From contig MFOC01000007.1 in assembly GCA_001782235.1 (NCBI GenBank), positions 13,094 to 77,093 on the forward strand: DNA of 64,000 nucleotides. The letters run 5' to 3'. Shown one piece after another: positions 9,595-19,461 of this stretch. The position numbers were made by a program, and so were the translations under genes. How positions within the stretch are numbered: position 1 is the first letter of the stretch; each line of letters begins with the position of its first letter. Origin of the DNA: Candidatus Levybacteria bacterium RIFCSPHIGHO2_02_FULL_40_18. GTDB lineage: Bacteria > Patescibacteriota > Microgenomatia > Levybacterales > GWA1-39-11. Below the pieces are notes generated by a model. The model was not told where the DNA came from. It was given only the letters and a program-made list of their open reading frames with translations, and did not search any database.

Positions 9595-9996
9595 TTAAAA
9601 CTTTTTTTTACCTTTTAATGTTAAGACGCTCGAGGTAAGCATTTTACAGATCTGATCCAACTCCAACAAAAGTTCCTCACATTGAGGTTTCAATTCTACA
9701 TAAGAATCTCGAAGTAAAGATAACCAGTAGCGGGATTCGTTTCCTGATTTTAGAGATATTGTGTAGTAGTTAATAAAGTCTTTTCTTGAACTAGCTGACT
9801 TGGCTTCTATCAAATTTGCTCCTATCGAAGTTGATGATCTTAATAGTTGATCACCTATTGACCAAAAGGCCCGTTTGTTGGGTAGATTATTGACGAATTT
9901 TATTATTTCGATTGAAAAATCATAAGTTCTAACTCTTAAATCAGAAGATTTTGAGTTGTAGTTCTGAGTTTTGAGTTCTGAGTTTTGAGTTCTCAT
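9595..9996 (-). CDS. Four-helix-bundle protein (23S rRNA intervening-sequence protein family, TIGR02436-like)
   Basis: FDFSIEIIKFVNNLP…LLRSSTSIGANLIEAKSASSRKDFINYYTISLKSGNESRYWLSLL matches the family signature. The N-terminus carries an in-frame heptamer repeat. Confidence 0.7.
   Translation of the reverse strand: MRTQNSELKTQNYNSKSSDLRVRTYDFSIEIIKFVNNLPNKRAFWSIGDQLLRSSTSIGANLIEAKSASSRKDFINYYTISLKSGNESRYWLSLLRDSYVELKPQCEELLLELDQICKMLTSSVLTLKGKKKF
9949..9993. repeat. Tandem TCAGAAC/TCAAAAC-family repeat at the 5' end of the four-helix-bundle gene
   Basis: ttttgagttgtagttctgagttttgagttctgagttttgagttct. Confidence 0.75.
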
Positions 9997-10922
9997 AGGA
10001 GTTTCATCTGATTCTGCTTTTTGGTCTCTTCTTTTTTTACAAATACCTCGTCCACTCTTTTTGGTAAAGTCTTAAATTCAAATTCTTCGAGTGCATTTTT
10101 AAAGGCGCCGATATCAATTTTTTGCGTCTTGCAGTCTTTTAAATTACAAACGAATGGAACATCTGTCACAATTGCGGCAAGTTTTTTTCCTAAAGTTGCC
10201 GCTTCTGCCCCATCAATTAATTTTTGAGCTAAAGCCTTATTTTTCACGGCAATATCATCGAGGTGTTTATAAATATTGTCGACAGTTCCGTAGTCGGCAA
10301 TTAAATTCGAAGCAGTTTTTGGACCAACTCCCGGTACTCCCGGATAATTATCGGACGGATCACCGGTCAGCGCTTTTAAATCTACGAATTGTGAAGGATC
10401 AACGCTATATTTTTCTTTTACGTCGGCATTATCCAAAAGTTTTACTTCTGAAATACCTTTAACAGGCATTAGCACAAAAGTATCTTGATCAACCAATTGA
10501 AGCATATCTCGGTCCCCAGTTACTATATAGGTAAAAATCCCTTGTTTATTAGCGGCTTCGGACAGCGTACCGATTACATCATCCGCCTCATATCCGTCCA
10601 CTCCTACTTCCTGAATTTTTGCCTTATGTAAAATGTCAATAATTGCCTCGTATTGGGAGGATAAATCCGATTCCATTTTTGGGCGCTGGGCTTGATAGCC
10701 TACATAAAGTTGTTTCCGAAAAGTAGGTTTTGCCCTGTCAAAGGCAACCACAATATATGCGGGTTTTAATTGCTGGATAAGTTTTAGAAACATTGCAAAA
10801 AATCCGTGAATTGCGCCTGTCGGAATACCCTTAGATGTTGTAAATGGGGGCATTGCGTGATAGGCGCGGTGGACAATTGCCGGCCCATCCACAAGCAAAA
10901 AAACATTGCGCTTTTTTTCCAT
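9993..10922 (-). CDS. 5'-3' exonuclease (stand-alone Pol I N-terminal domain-like / FEN)
   Basis: VFLLVDGPAIVHRAYHA…VVAFDRAKPTFRKQLYVGYQAQR and a helix-hairpin-helix region (LTGDPSDNYPGVPGVGPKTA). Start taken at the MEKKRNVF Met rather than the upstream extension at 10958. Confidence 0.8.
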   Translation of the reverse strand: MEKKRNVFLLVDGPAIVHRAYHAMPPFTTSKGIPTGAIHGFFAMFLKLIQQLKPAYIVVAFDRAKPTFRKQLYVGYQAQRPKMESDLSSQYEAIIDILHKAKIQEVGVDGYEADDVIGTLSEAANKQGIFTYIVTGDRDMLQLVDQDTFVLMPVKGISEVKLLDNADVKEKYSVDPSQFVDLKALTGDPSDNYPGVPGVGPKTASNLIADYGTVDNIYKHLDDIAVKNKALAQKLIDGAEAATLGKKLAAIVTDVPFVCNLKDCKTQKIDIGAFKNALEEFEFKTLPKRVDEVFVKKEETKKQNQMKLL

Positions 10923-11040
10923 GCGAACATTATAGCAAGAAAAATAAGAAAAGCGCATTGATAATTGATTATTTATTATTGATTATTGAGATTATATTGG
11001 ATTATTGGAAATTGGTAGTATTGGTAATATTTGAAATTCC

Positions 11041-12565
11041 CAGGAGGGAGAACTGAGGGTGCGGGGTAGATGTGTGTTCGTCATGAAGACGAGAATGTTG
11101 CTTGCGCAACCACACAGCTACCGCCGCACCTTTCCCGATTGAATCGGGACTCAGTCTGCGAAGACCTTCAAGCTTACGCAATCAGGCCTTTTCGCCTTGT
11201 TCAGGACGAACCTGAAGCGTTAACGAGGGCGCAAAGAGCCGCCGTCACGTGTTCAGGAAATTCGTCCCAGACGAAACCCCTAAGGGTCACTTCGTCCGTT
11301 AGCGACGTGCGAACTTTAGGGTCGCGACGCCGGCGAGGGCGAGGGCGAAGGCGAAGGCTATGGCACCAGCGATGCCAAACAGGACCGAGCTGTTGCCAGC
11401 GTCGGCCAGGCCAGCGTCACCGGCGAAAGCCGTGGACGTGTTCAGCGACAGCACCGAGATTGCTATCACGCTGATAAACGCCACAATCGCCAAAACCGGC
11501 CTGCTGAACGTAATCACCGACCTTCCGATGAAGGCGCTCATGCCGATGCCATGGAGTACTCTTCTCATGGTGTTGAGTCGTAGCAGTCGCAGTCGTCGCG
11601 ATGACGATGTCGGGTCGTGAGCTACGATGTAGAGTACGCCGATGGCGGCCAGTACGAGCAGGCTTGTTGCCAGGATGACGGCGGTGGTCGTTTCAGAGTC
11701 CATCAGGGCGACGACGGTGTTGCCGCCTGTTTTGACCACTGCCTGGTCGTACACGTCGCCTACTGCGATCGGGACCGCTTCTAGCGTGTCCGGGACCGAG
11801 TCAGTCGCCGCGTACATCGTTGTCGTGGCCGGTGGGTCGTGTCCGAGCTTCAGTCCGAAGAGACCGAAAGCTCCGAACGCTACGAGGAGAGCGGCGATAA
11901 GGCCGATCACCCCAAGCTTTCTGTCTTTCACGGCGGTTCCTCCTGTTGTCCTTCTTTGGAAGGATCTTGCCGGGTTTCTCTCTTGGCTTCGTCTCTGCCC
12001 CAGGGCACGTAGGTCCCCGATGGTTTCCCTAACGCGAGGTCTCTCCTTTTGTGCTCTGGCGGTCCCGTTACCCCCTCCTTTACCTTGAAAGGATGATTAT
12101 TGGAAGGCCCAAGATGCGGACGGCGGGGATCCCGCGCGGGGGTGTCCGTATCATTCGGCCGTAACTTTTGATGGAGACGCAGATTTCGCCCAGCCCCAGA
12201 CACTGCATTCCCGTGACAGAAGCAACGTACTCGAACTGCTCGTGCGTCTCCACCTCTCAAGACCAGCTTTTATTCGATAAACTTCTCCTTTCCAGACTAT
12301 CGTGCTTACCGATAAAATATGGTAATCTCCTGTGCCTTGCCGTCCTCGGCCGAGAATCGCAGCTACGAACAAGGCTCCAAGAGAATTATTGGCCATGGGG
12401 GGGCATACTGCTTTGTCGCATTTCGCGGGCGAGGAGATTTGCAACTTCGGCAGAAGTGTCCCCATGGGGAGGCCCACTGAGTTCGCAGCCGGAGGTGGGG
12501 CCTCCAAAAGGCGGAGCGAAAACTCCTTAGCGTGATGTAGCGGGCGGAAAGACTACGATAGCACG
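11041..12565. other. GC-rich island 1 (~55-60% GC, ~1.5 kb) lying in an intergenic position
   Basis: Abrupt composition shift relative to flanking ~40% GC sequence. Contains one plausible membrane-protein ORF with an AGGAGG SD and ~630 bp with no convincing ORF. Confidence 0.7.
11299..11931 (-). CDS. Hypothetical integral membrane protein encoded within GC-rich island 1
   Basis: GTG start preceded by AGGAGG at a 7-nt spacing. Several predicted TM helices (LIAALLVAFGAFGLFGL…, ILATSLLVLAAIGVLYIVA…, AIVAFISVIAISVL…). Confidence 0.4.
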   Translation of the reverse strand: MKDRKLGVIGLIAALLVAFGAFGLFGLKLGHDPPATTTMYAATDSVPDTLEAVPIAVGDVYDQAVVKTGGNTVVALMDSETTTAVILATSLLVLAAIGVLYIVAHDPTSSSRRLRLLRLNTMRRVLHGIGMSAFIGRSVITFSRPVLAIVAFISVIAISVLSLNTSTAFAGDAGLADAGNSSVLFGIAGAIAFAFALALAGVATLKFARR

Positions 12566-12633
12566 CGAGGAGTGTAAAGGCTTTTATTTTCTTCTTTCGA
12601 ATTGATATTCGACTGTGAACCCTATGTAGTAAC

Positions 12634-12676
12634 CGACAATTGACATTTGACAACTGACAATTGACAATTGACAAAT
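12634..12676. promoter_or_regulatory. Tandem TTGACAA-type direct repeats (iteron/operator-like)
   Basis: gacaattgacatttgacaactgacaattgacaattgacaa, immediately outside GC island 1. Confidence 0.3.
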
Positions 12677-12954
12677 TGTTGCACAGGATTCACAGCCGAA
12701 CTATATGCACCATGCTTTTAGGTGCATGCTACCAATTCCAAAAGAAGTTTACCCCGTTAGAAAATTTATTTTCTAATCGGGCTTCGCAGACTGAATTTTC
12801 AAAGAGCAAAGCATTTGTCTAAATAAATAACGCGCATGCAAAAAGCGCTTATTATTAGGACAATGCTAATATTTGAAGTATATACCCGAATAAAACGCGT
12901 TTCAAGTGGAATTTCGATGTATCTTCCTAATCCCTAGTATCTAGTCACTATTTG

Positions 12955-15174
12955 CTAACTTTGGGGTTTTCGGCCGTATCTCTCTTTAGAGTGGCGAATT
13001 ATTGCTTCTCGGTTTTCGTTTTTTACGGCAGGTAATGGCAAAGTAGTTGCCGGAAAAGGCGCAGAAGTCATACCATCAATCGATAGTTTCATAACCGTTT
13101 CATACTTTCCAAGCGAAACCAAATCATTCTCCGTATAAATTTCGGCAAATTCTTTTGTTAAAAGCTCCGCATCGTGCGCTCCGACGACGAAAGAAACCAG
13201 TGTCCCAACGTTTCCATAAATCGCATATTGTACATCCTCTTCAAGCTGGTCAGAGTATTGATTTGCTAAAGTTAAAGACAGGCGGTATTTTCGGGCCTCA
13301 GACAGTATTTTTATAAAAGAGGTGGTGGCAAAATTTTGAAACTCATCAACGTAAAGGAAAAAGTCGCGCCGAGACTCTTCTTTTTGAAAAGATCGATTCA
13401 TAGCGGCCAACTGAATCTGAGTAATTACCATGGCGCCTAAAAGCGCAGCATTGTCTTCACCTAATTTCCCTTGAGCTAAATTCAAAATCAAAATTTTCCC
13501 CTCATCCATTATTTGCTGCAAGTTAATGGAGGATGTGGGGTGCCCAATAATGTTTCGAATCATTCTTGATGATACAAACTGTCCAACTTTGTTCTGAATC
13601 GGGGAAACTGCCTCTGCTTTTAATTTATCTGGCATCTTGGCAAATTCTGCCTCCCAAAAGTTGCGAAGTACAGGATCAGAAAGTTTTGATACCACTTTTT
13701 GGCGAAAGGCTTGATCTGAAAGAATTCGAAGCGCATCAATTAAAGTACCCTCTTCTATATCAAGAAGAGTAAGGATTACGTTTCGCAAGATATACTCAAG
13801 TCTCGGACCCCATGACTCTCCATATATCTTATGGAAAATCGAAACAATCCCAGACGAAACTAAGTCTTTGTGCTGTGAATTATGAATCTCTAAAACATTT
13901 AAAGAAAACGGCCGCGTGACGTCAAACGGCTCAAGATAGACAACATCATTAAGTCTTCTTTTGGGGATAAAATCTAAAATGATCTCGGATAAATCTCCGT
14001 GCGGATCAATTATCCCAATCCCGCGATCCTTTCTTATGTCATCGATTGCCATGTTGGCAATGAGAGTTGACTTCCCGGCTCCTGTTTTTCCGATAATATA
14101 GACGTGTTTTCGCCTGTCAGGCGTTTTTATCCCAAAAATGGTATCCTGATTTTTAAATTCGGTTTTGGCAAAAAAATTAATATCCTTTTTTTCTTCCTCT
14201 GAAACATTTGTTATTGCGGGAAGATTCTCGGGCGGCTCACCCAAAAGCGTCTTACCCCATGCAACATTCTTAATCCCCGCAAGTAAAAACCCGGGAGGAT
14301 GCCAGATTGTTGCAAGTTCGGCAGCATTTAAAACTTGGTTTTTCCGCTCCAAAAAATTTACGGACCGATTCTTTATCCGAGCAAGCAGTTTTTTTTTGTT
14401 AACCGAAAGGAGGGGTTTTCTAAAAACAAATTGATTCCCCTCACCTAGAGAAAAGCTTCCAAAAGTTCCAGCCAAATTCTGCATATAGGCACGTGCATTG
14501 GGATCGTCCGAGCCAACAACCAAACGAATCACTGCCTTTCCCCCCTGAAACCCGGCTTTTTGCATCATGCGAAGCTTCTGCGGGTTTTGCGCGTATCGAA
14601 TTGTTGCACCCATGGAACTTTCACCTGTTGTTACATCTTTGACTGTCTGCTGATGAGTATCTTCAAGTAAATGCCCTGCCATTTCAACCGCCTTGTCCTG
14701 CCAGGCAAAACTTGCGGGTTTTATAACTATTTGGACAGCCATCCTGACAGTTGAATCTTGTTTGGCTAAAAAACCAAGGAGGGAGGAGAGCGGATCTACA
14801 TCCTGAAGGTCCACGTATGTTTTTATAGGAAGATAAGAATAAGAATTTAAAACCATTTCGCCAACCGCAATGTGTTTTGATTCAAGAACTTTCTCCATTG
14901 GATCATCTGTCCGCATAATGTTAGATTTTGGAAAGGATGAGGCAATCAAACTTGTCACAAGGGTCTCATTCTCAGAAAGTGTCGTGACATAGAAATACAC
15001 GGTTTGTCCAATCAGGTACACCTCAAAGGCGTGAGATTTTGGGTGAATATAAACTCTTTTCCACAAAGGTATATAAGGATAGGGCAGAAGAGATGAAAAG
15101 ATTTGGGTCGCAGCCTCAATCGGCGTTTCATCATCTTTTGGGTTTCGTACTAATAAATGCGCGAAATCATTCAT
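12955..15174 (-). CDS. VirD4/TraD/TraG-like (type-IV-secretion coupling-protein-like, DUF87/HerA-like) P-loop ATPase
   Basis: Walker A YIIGKTGAGKSTLIANMA and Walker B LYVDEFQNFATTSF. Large N-terminal non-ATPase domain; 739 aa. Confidence 0.55.
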   Translation of the reverse strand: MNDFAHLLVRNPKDDETPIEAATQIFSSLLPYPYIPLWKRVYIHPKSHAFEVYLIGQTVYFYVTTLSENETLVTSLIASSFPKSNIMRTDDPMEKVLESKHIAVGEMVLNSYSYLPIKTYVDLQDVDPLSSLLGFLAKQDSTVRMAVQIVIKPASFAWQDKAVEMAGHLLEDTHQQTVKDVTTGESSMGATIRYAQNPQKLRMMQKAGFQGGKAVIRLVVGSDDPNARAYMQNLAGTFGSFSLGEGNQFVFRKPLLSVNKKKLLARIKNRSVNFLERKNQVLNAAELATIWHPPGFLLAGIKNVAWGKTLLGEPPENLPAITNVSEEEKKDINFFAKTEFKNQDTIFGIKTPDRRKHVYIIGKTGAGKSTLIANMAIDDIRKDRGIGIIDPHGDLSEIILDFIPKRRLNDVVYLEPFDVTRPFSLNVLEIHNSQHKDLVSSGIVSIFHKIYGESWGPRLEYILRNVILTLLDIEEGTLIDALRILSDQAFRQKVVSKLSDPVLRNFWEAEFAKMPDKLKAEAVSPIQNKVGQFVSSRMIRNIIGHPTSSINLQQIMDEGKILILNLAQGKLGEDNAALLGAMVITQIQLAAMNRSFQKEESRRDFFLYVDEFQNFATTSFIKILSEARKYRLSLTLANQYSDQLEEDVQYAIYGNVGTLVSFVVGAHDAELLTKEFAEIYTENDLVSLGKYETVMKLSIDGMTSAPFPATTLPLPAVKNENREAIIRHSKERYGRKPQS

Positions 15175-15324
15175 AGGTTCATTATATATTAAGTATCAGA
15201 AATTGGAAATTAGTTATAAGAAGTTAGAAATTGGTAATAGAAATTTGAAATTGGAGAATGGTAGCTATCTAATTTCTGTTTTCCAGTTTCCATTACTACT
15301 CTCCATTTTCCAATAACCATTTTC

Positions 15325-17166
15325 TTATTTGATACCTCTGGTTCCTTTCATTATTGCTTCAAATTCATCTCCTTCAAGAGTCTCTTTCAAAAGAAGTTTC
15401 CCTGCAACTTTATCAAGCTTTGATCTATTTTGTTTTAATATTCTCTGCGCATTTTTATAGGCTTCATCGATTATTCTTCTAACCTCCCCATCAATCTTTG
15501 CTTGCATCTCAGGAGAAATTTGGGTAGCTTCCCCAAACATTCTTGAGCGTTCAATCTCATAGCTTACTGGTCCAAGCTTACTCATTCCAAATTCTGATAC
15601 CATAGTTCTTGCTACTTGAGTTGCCTTCTCAATATCATCCGCAGCGCCCGTTGTCATCTCGGAAAATATCAATTCTTCAGCGGCCCGCCCACCTAACATT
15701 GTCGCAATCTGCTCAAGCAGTCTTGTCTTTGTTTCATGAACCCTATCCTGCGCAGGAGGAATCAACGTGTGACCAAGGGACAGGCCGCGGCCGACTATCG
15801 AAATTCTGTGGACCGGGTCTGTGTGGGGCATAAAGTAAGAAACCAGCGCGTGGCCGGACTCGTGATACGCCGTAATTTTTTTATCCTCCTCTGACTGCAT
15901 TCTCTTTTTCTCGGGCCCAAGCTTAACTTTGGTTGCCGCTTCCTCAATATCTTCCATGTCTATCTGCTTTTTTTCAAAACGCGCAGCCAAAATGGCCGCT
16001 TCATTAAGCATGTTCTCAAGGTCAGCGCCAGAATAGCCAACAGTGCGTCTTGCGACTTTTTCCCAAGAAACAGAGCTTGTAAATGGTTTTCCTTTAGCAT
16101 GAATTGCAAGAATTTCCTTTCGACCCTCAATATCTGGCAATGTAAGTGCGATTCTTCTATCAAAGCGGCCGGGGCGAATAAGAGCCGGGTCTAAAATATC
16201 GGGCCTATTGGTTGCAGCGATAACAACTAGTTGTTCGTTTGGAGTAAATCCATCCATTTCAACAAGGATTTGATTCAAAGTTTGTTCGCGTTCATCATGA
16301 CCTCCCATTATTCCAACGCCGCGCTGCCTGCCTATTGCATCAATCTCGTCAATAAAAATAATCGCAGGTTGTGATTTCTTAGCCGTCGCAAAGAGATCTC
16401 TGACCCTGCTTGCGCCGACACCTACCAACATCTCCATAAACTCAGATCCGGCAATTGATATAAAGGGAACTTGGGCCTCACCGGCCACACAGCGCGCCAA
16501 TAATGTTTTCCCAGTTCCGCTTGGGCCTACGAGGAGAACGCCCTTTGGAGTTCTTGCTCCCATAGCGCGGTATTTCTCCGGGTGTTTCAAAAAATCAACA
16601 ATCTCCGTCAATTCCTGCTTTGCCTCCTCAACCCCCGCAACGTCAGCGAATGTACTTTTGGGAAAGTCTTTATTAAATAATTTTCCGCGGCTTGAGCCAA
16701 AAGAAAAGATATTCTCCTGTGCTCCTCTTGCCTGGCGAAAAATAAAGTAGAAAAAGGCAATAATTAAAAGTACCGGCAGGAAGGATGATAGAACATTAAT
16801 CCAGGCATTTACCGAAGCCTCATCTCGAACATTAATTTTGATAGTTTGGAGATCAACTTCCGCGTTTTTTAGAACTTCATATAAAGATGTACCTGTTTCT
16901 TTATAAGATACGGCCTTGCCTCCGTTTTTGTATAAAATTTCAATCTTTGAATCTGAAACTGTTACATCTTCTACCTTTTTATCTTTAATATCTTGAATCA
17001 GCTTTGAAATAGGAATATTTTGGCCGCCGCCGCCGCTTGTGAATTCTCCAATCCCCATCATTAAAAATAATAAAAAGAAGAATAAGAATCCGTAGAGAAG
17101 AAGATCTTTCCAGGTAAATCTCAAGCCAAATTTTGTCCTTTTGCCGTTTCTTTTCCTGCCGTTCAT
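15325..17166 (-). CDS. ftsH: ATP-dependent zinc metalloprotease FtsH
   Basis: N-terminal TM segments, AAA Walker [19 protein letters not shown], the second-region-of-homology motif, and the zinc-binding HESGHAL. Confidence 0.9.
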   Translation of the reverse strand: MNGRKRNGKRTKFGLRFTWKDLLLYGFLFFFLLFLMMGIGEFTSGGGGQNIPISKLIQDIKDKKVEDVTVSDSKIEILYKNGGKAVSYKETGTSLYEVLKNAEVDLQTIKINVRDEASVNAWINVLSSFLPVLLIIAFFYFIFRQARGAQENIFSFGSSRGKLFNKDFPKSTFADVAGVEEAKQELTEIVDFLKHPEKYRAMGARTPKGVLLVGPSGTGKTLLARCVAGEAQVPFISIAGSEFMEMLVGVGASRVRDLFATAKKSQPAIIFIDEIDAIGRQRGVGIMGGHDEREQTLNQILVEMDGFTPNEQLVVIAATNRPDILDPALIRPGRFDRRIALTLPDIEGRKEILAIHAKGKPFTSSVSWEKVARRTVGYSGADLENMLNEAAILAARFEKKQIDMEDIEEAATKVKLGPEKKRMQSEEDKKITAYHESGHALVSYFMPHTDPVHRISIVGRGLSLGHTLIPPAQDRVHETKTRLLEQIATMLGGRAAEELIFSEMTTGAADDIEKATQVARTMVSEFGMSKLGPVSYEIERSRMFGEATQISPEMQAKIDGEVRRIIDEAYKNAQRILKQNRSKLDKVAGKLLLKETLEGDEFEAIMKGTRGIK

Positions 17167-17303
17167 CTGAATAGAAAATTATACCACGCTTTGATTCAAA
17201 ATCAAAGCTACAAGTCTCCAGTTTCCATTTTCCACTCGCCAATTAATTTATCAATTGTTGAATTAGATGATTAATTGGAAATTGGTAATTGGAAATTGGA
17301 AAT

Positions 17304-17540
17304 TTAAGGGACGGGATCCCAGCCTCCTTTTGCGAAGGGGTGGCAGCGGATAATGCGTTTAAAACCTAAAATCGAACCCTTTGCCACTCCATATTTTTCT
17401 ATTGCCTGGTAAGTATAGTCGGAGCAGGTAGGGGAATATCGGCAGGCCGAATCAACCAGAAACAATGTTTTTAAAATGCCTTTCCGAAAACCAATCGTCT
17501 TCTGATAAAACCGAATAGCATTAAGAGCAAATTGTTTCAT
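17304..17540 (-). CDS. yidD: Membrane protein insertion efficiency factor YidD
   Basis: CRYSPTCSDYTYQAIEKYG…RCHPFAKGGWDPVP is the hallmark YidD sequence; 78 aa. Confidence 0.85.
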   Translation of the reverse strand: MKQFALNAIRFYQKTIGFRKGILKTLFLVDSACRYSPTCSDYTYQAIEKYGVAKGSILGFKRIIRCHPFAKGGWDPVP

Positions 17541-17580
17541 TTTCTAGCAATTTTAGCACAAAAATACGATAATTAAATTC

Positions 17581-17889
17581 GTGAAATACAAATCGGTCAT
17601 CGGAAAAACTATCGAATTAACAAATGAAAGGAAAAACTACTTTCTTGTAAGACACGCTGGGCTTAGATATCATTTCTCAAAAGTTAAGAGCGTGCTTACG
17701 GAACCTGATGAAATAAGATATAGTAAGCGAGATAATAAAGTGTTGTTATTTTATAAGTTCTTTGATAAGATACTAAGCGGAAAATATATCGCAGTCGTTG
17801 TAAGAGTGAACCGGAGAAGCTTTATAATTACAGCCTACATTACTGACAAGGTAAAAATTGGTAAAAAATATGAGCAAACAAAAAACTAA
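17581..17889 (+). CDS. Small hypothetical protein, DUF4258-like (putative toxin of a two-gene module)
   Basis: ~100 aa basic protein whose end overlaps the start of the next ORF by 32 nt. DUF4258 membership is recalled from the family profile, not searched. Confidence 0.4.
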   Translation: MKYKSVIGKTIELTNERKNYFLVRHAGLRYHFSKVKSVLTEPDEIRYSKRDNKVLLFYKFFDKILSGKYIAVVVRVNRRSFIITAYITDKVKIGKKYEQTKN

Positions 17890-18112
17890 AAAAACATTAA
17901 ATTTTTTCTACGATAAGGAGGCAGACGTTCTCTATGTTTCTCGTGGCAAACCCGCGGCTTCCGATGAATCTTCAGAAACAGAGGACGAAGTTGTAGTTAG
18001 AAAAAATCCCAAAACAGGCGAGATAACAGGCCTTACGATAATTAATTTCTCGAAAAGAAGCTCTAAATCGGATTTAAAACTCAATCTCCCTTTTGATCTT
18101 TCATTCCGCTAA
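17858..18112 (+). CDS. DUF2283-like small protein (putative antitoxin partner)
   Basis: FFYDKEADVLYVS matches the YDxEADxLYI signature that defines DUF2283. Confidence 0.45.
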   Translation: MVKNMSKQKTKKTLNFFYDKEADVLYVSRGKPAASDESSETEDEVVVRKNPKTGEITGLTIINFSKRSSKSDLKLNLPFDLSFR

Positions 18113-18189
18113 TAAAACCGACTAGACTTTGAAATATTTCGTTTGATCGCCAAATTTGTCAATTTGTTAATTCGTCAAATTGTTAATTA

Positions 18190-18471
18190 TTAAACTGAGG
18201 GTTTTTGTTCGAATTCTGAAAAAGTCTCAGACGGCTCCTGCCATTCTATTGCGGTATCTCGAACCTCTGCCAAGAACGGCCCTTTCTCACAAATCTTGAC
18301 GAACTTTTCAAGCGTTTTCTTATCAGACGATTGAACCACAACTTCTACCCTATTATCCGAAAGGTTACGAACCCATCCAGTAAGTCCTAGTTTTTCTGCT
18401 TCACGCCGAACAAACGCGCGATATCCAACCCCCTGAACAAACCCGGAGACCAATAGGTAAACTTGCTTCAT
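18190..18471 (-). CDS. acyP: Acylphosphatase
   Basis: VSGFVQGVGYRAFV…GWVRNLSDNRVEVVVQ; 93 aa. Confidence 0.8.
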   Translation of the reverse strand: MKQVYLLVSGFVQGVGYRAFVRREAEKLGLTGWVRNLSDNRVEVVVQSSDKKTLEKFVKICEKGPFLAEVRDTAIEWQEPSETFSEFEQKPSV

Positions 18472-19445
18472 CTAAGACCCATCTTCTCACGCACTTCTGC
18501 GACTGTTTCTTGCGCAACTTTTCTTGCTTTTTCCGCGCCTTCACGAATCACTCGATCAACATACTCCGGATCTTTCTCAAGCTCTGCTCTTCTTTTCTGA
18601 ATTGGTTCAAGCTCACGATAAATCGCTCCCGCCAGCTTTTCTTTAATTTCCGAATACCGCACACCTGTTGTTTTATATAATCTTTCTAATCCTTCTCTTT
18701 CTTCTAACCCCTCGAACAACTCAACAAATTCCATAAGCGTCTTAACTCCACCAACAATCTCCGAACCCTTTCCTGCGTCTGTTGGGATTTTGGCGATCTT
18801 TGATTTTATAATCGGAAGATCGTCAGTTAAATTAATATACGAGCCCTCAACCGTTTTACTCATCTTCCCTTCTCCTGTAAGCGAAGGGATATACTCGCCT
18901 TTTGTTGCAAACCTTTTTGGTTCGGGGAAATCAGTTCCGTATTCTTGGTTCATCCGCCGCGCAATCTCCCGCGTAACTTCGAGATGAGGCTCCTGATCTA
19001 TTCCAACCGGCACAAGCGAAGCTTTATAAATAAGAATATCCGAAGCCATCAAAACAGGGTAGTTCAAAAGCGCCATGGTCACGTTTTCCGGATACTGCTT
19101 AACTTTTTCTTTGAATGTAGGCAAATGCTGCATTTTTGCAACTGTTGTGACTGTAGAAAATAGATATGCTAGTTCAAGATGTTCGGGGACATGCGATTGA
19201 ACAAAAAGGACGCTCTTTTTAGGATCGAGCCCTGCCGCCAAATAGTCAATAATTACATCTCGAACGGATTGCGAAAGCGTGTTTTTATCATACGGCGTAG
19301 TCAAAGTGTGTAAATCCGCCACCATATAGAAGGTTTCGTATTCGGGGTTCTTCTGAAGTTCAAGCATACCCTTAACCGCACCAAGATAATTCCCAAGATG
19401 CAATCTCCCCGTAGCCCTGATTCCTGACAATACTCTTTTTTTCAT
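18468..19445 (-). CDS. trpS: Tryptophan--tRNA ligase
   Basis: SGIRATGRLHLGNYLGAV (HIGH-type) and KMSKT; ~325 aa is typical for TrpRS. Confidence 0.88.
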   Translation of the reverse strand: MKKRVLSGIRATGRLHLGNYLGAVKGMLELQKNPEYETFYMVADLHTLTTPYDKNTLSQSVRDVIIDYLAAGLDPKKSVLFVQSHVPEHLELAYLFSTVTTVAKMQHLPTFKEKVKQYPENVTMALLNYPVLMASDILIYKASLVPVGIDQEPHLEVTREIARRMNQEYGTDFPEPKRFATKGEYIPSLTGEGKMSKTVEGSYINLTDDLPIIKSKIAKIPTDAGKGSEIVGGVKTLMEFVELFEGLEEREGLERLYKTTGVRYSEIKEKLAGAIYRELEPIQKRRAELEKDPEYVDRVIREGAEKARKVAQETVAEVREKMGLR

Positions 19446-19461
19446 ACCCGCTAATTTTATT

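Noticed and set aside
11070-12530. Several 85-150-aa ORFs on both strands inside GC island 1 (11070-11474, 11360-11620, 11642-12088, 11928-12260, 12151-12507, 12168-12530)
   Set aside because: High GC sequence generates long spurious ORFs. These overlap each other, are Arg/Pro/Ala-rich and have no start context. Only the minus-strand membrane-protein ORF (11299-11931), with its AGGAGG SD, was retained.
11932-12560. Possible structured RNA (RNase P RNA, tmRNA, or a group II intron domain) in the non-coding part of GC island 1
   Set aside because: Checked by eye for the tmRNA tag frame and acceptor end, RNase P conserved regions, and the group II domain V consensus. None found. Left as unassigned non-coding sequence.
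16985-17242. 85-aa ORF overlapping the ftsH 5' end
   Set aside because: Different frame over the ftsH N-terminus and the upstream repeat-rich spacer; no support.
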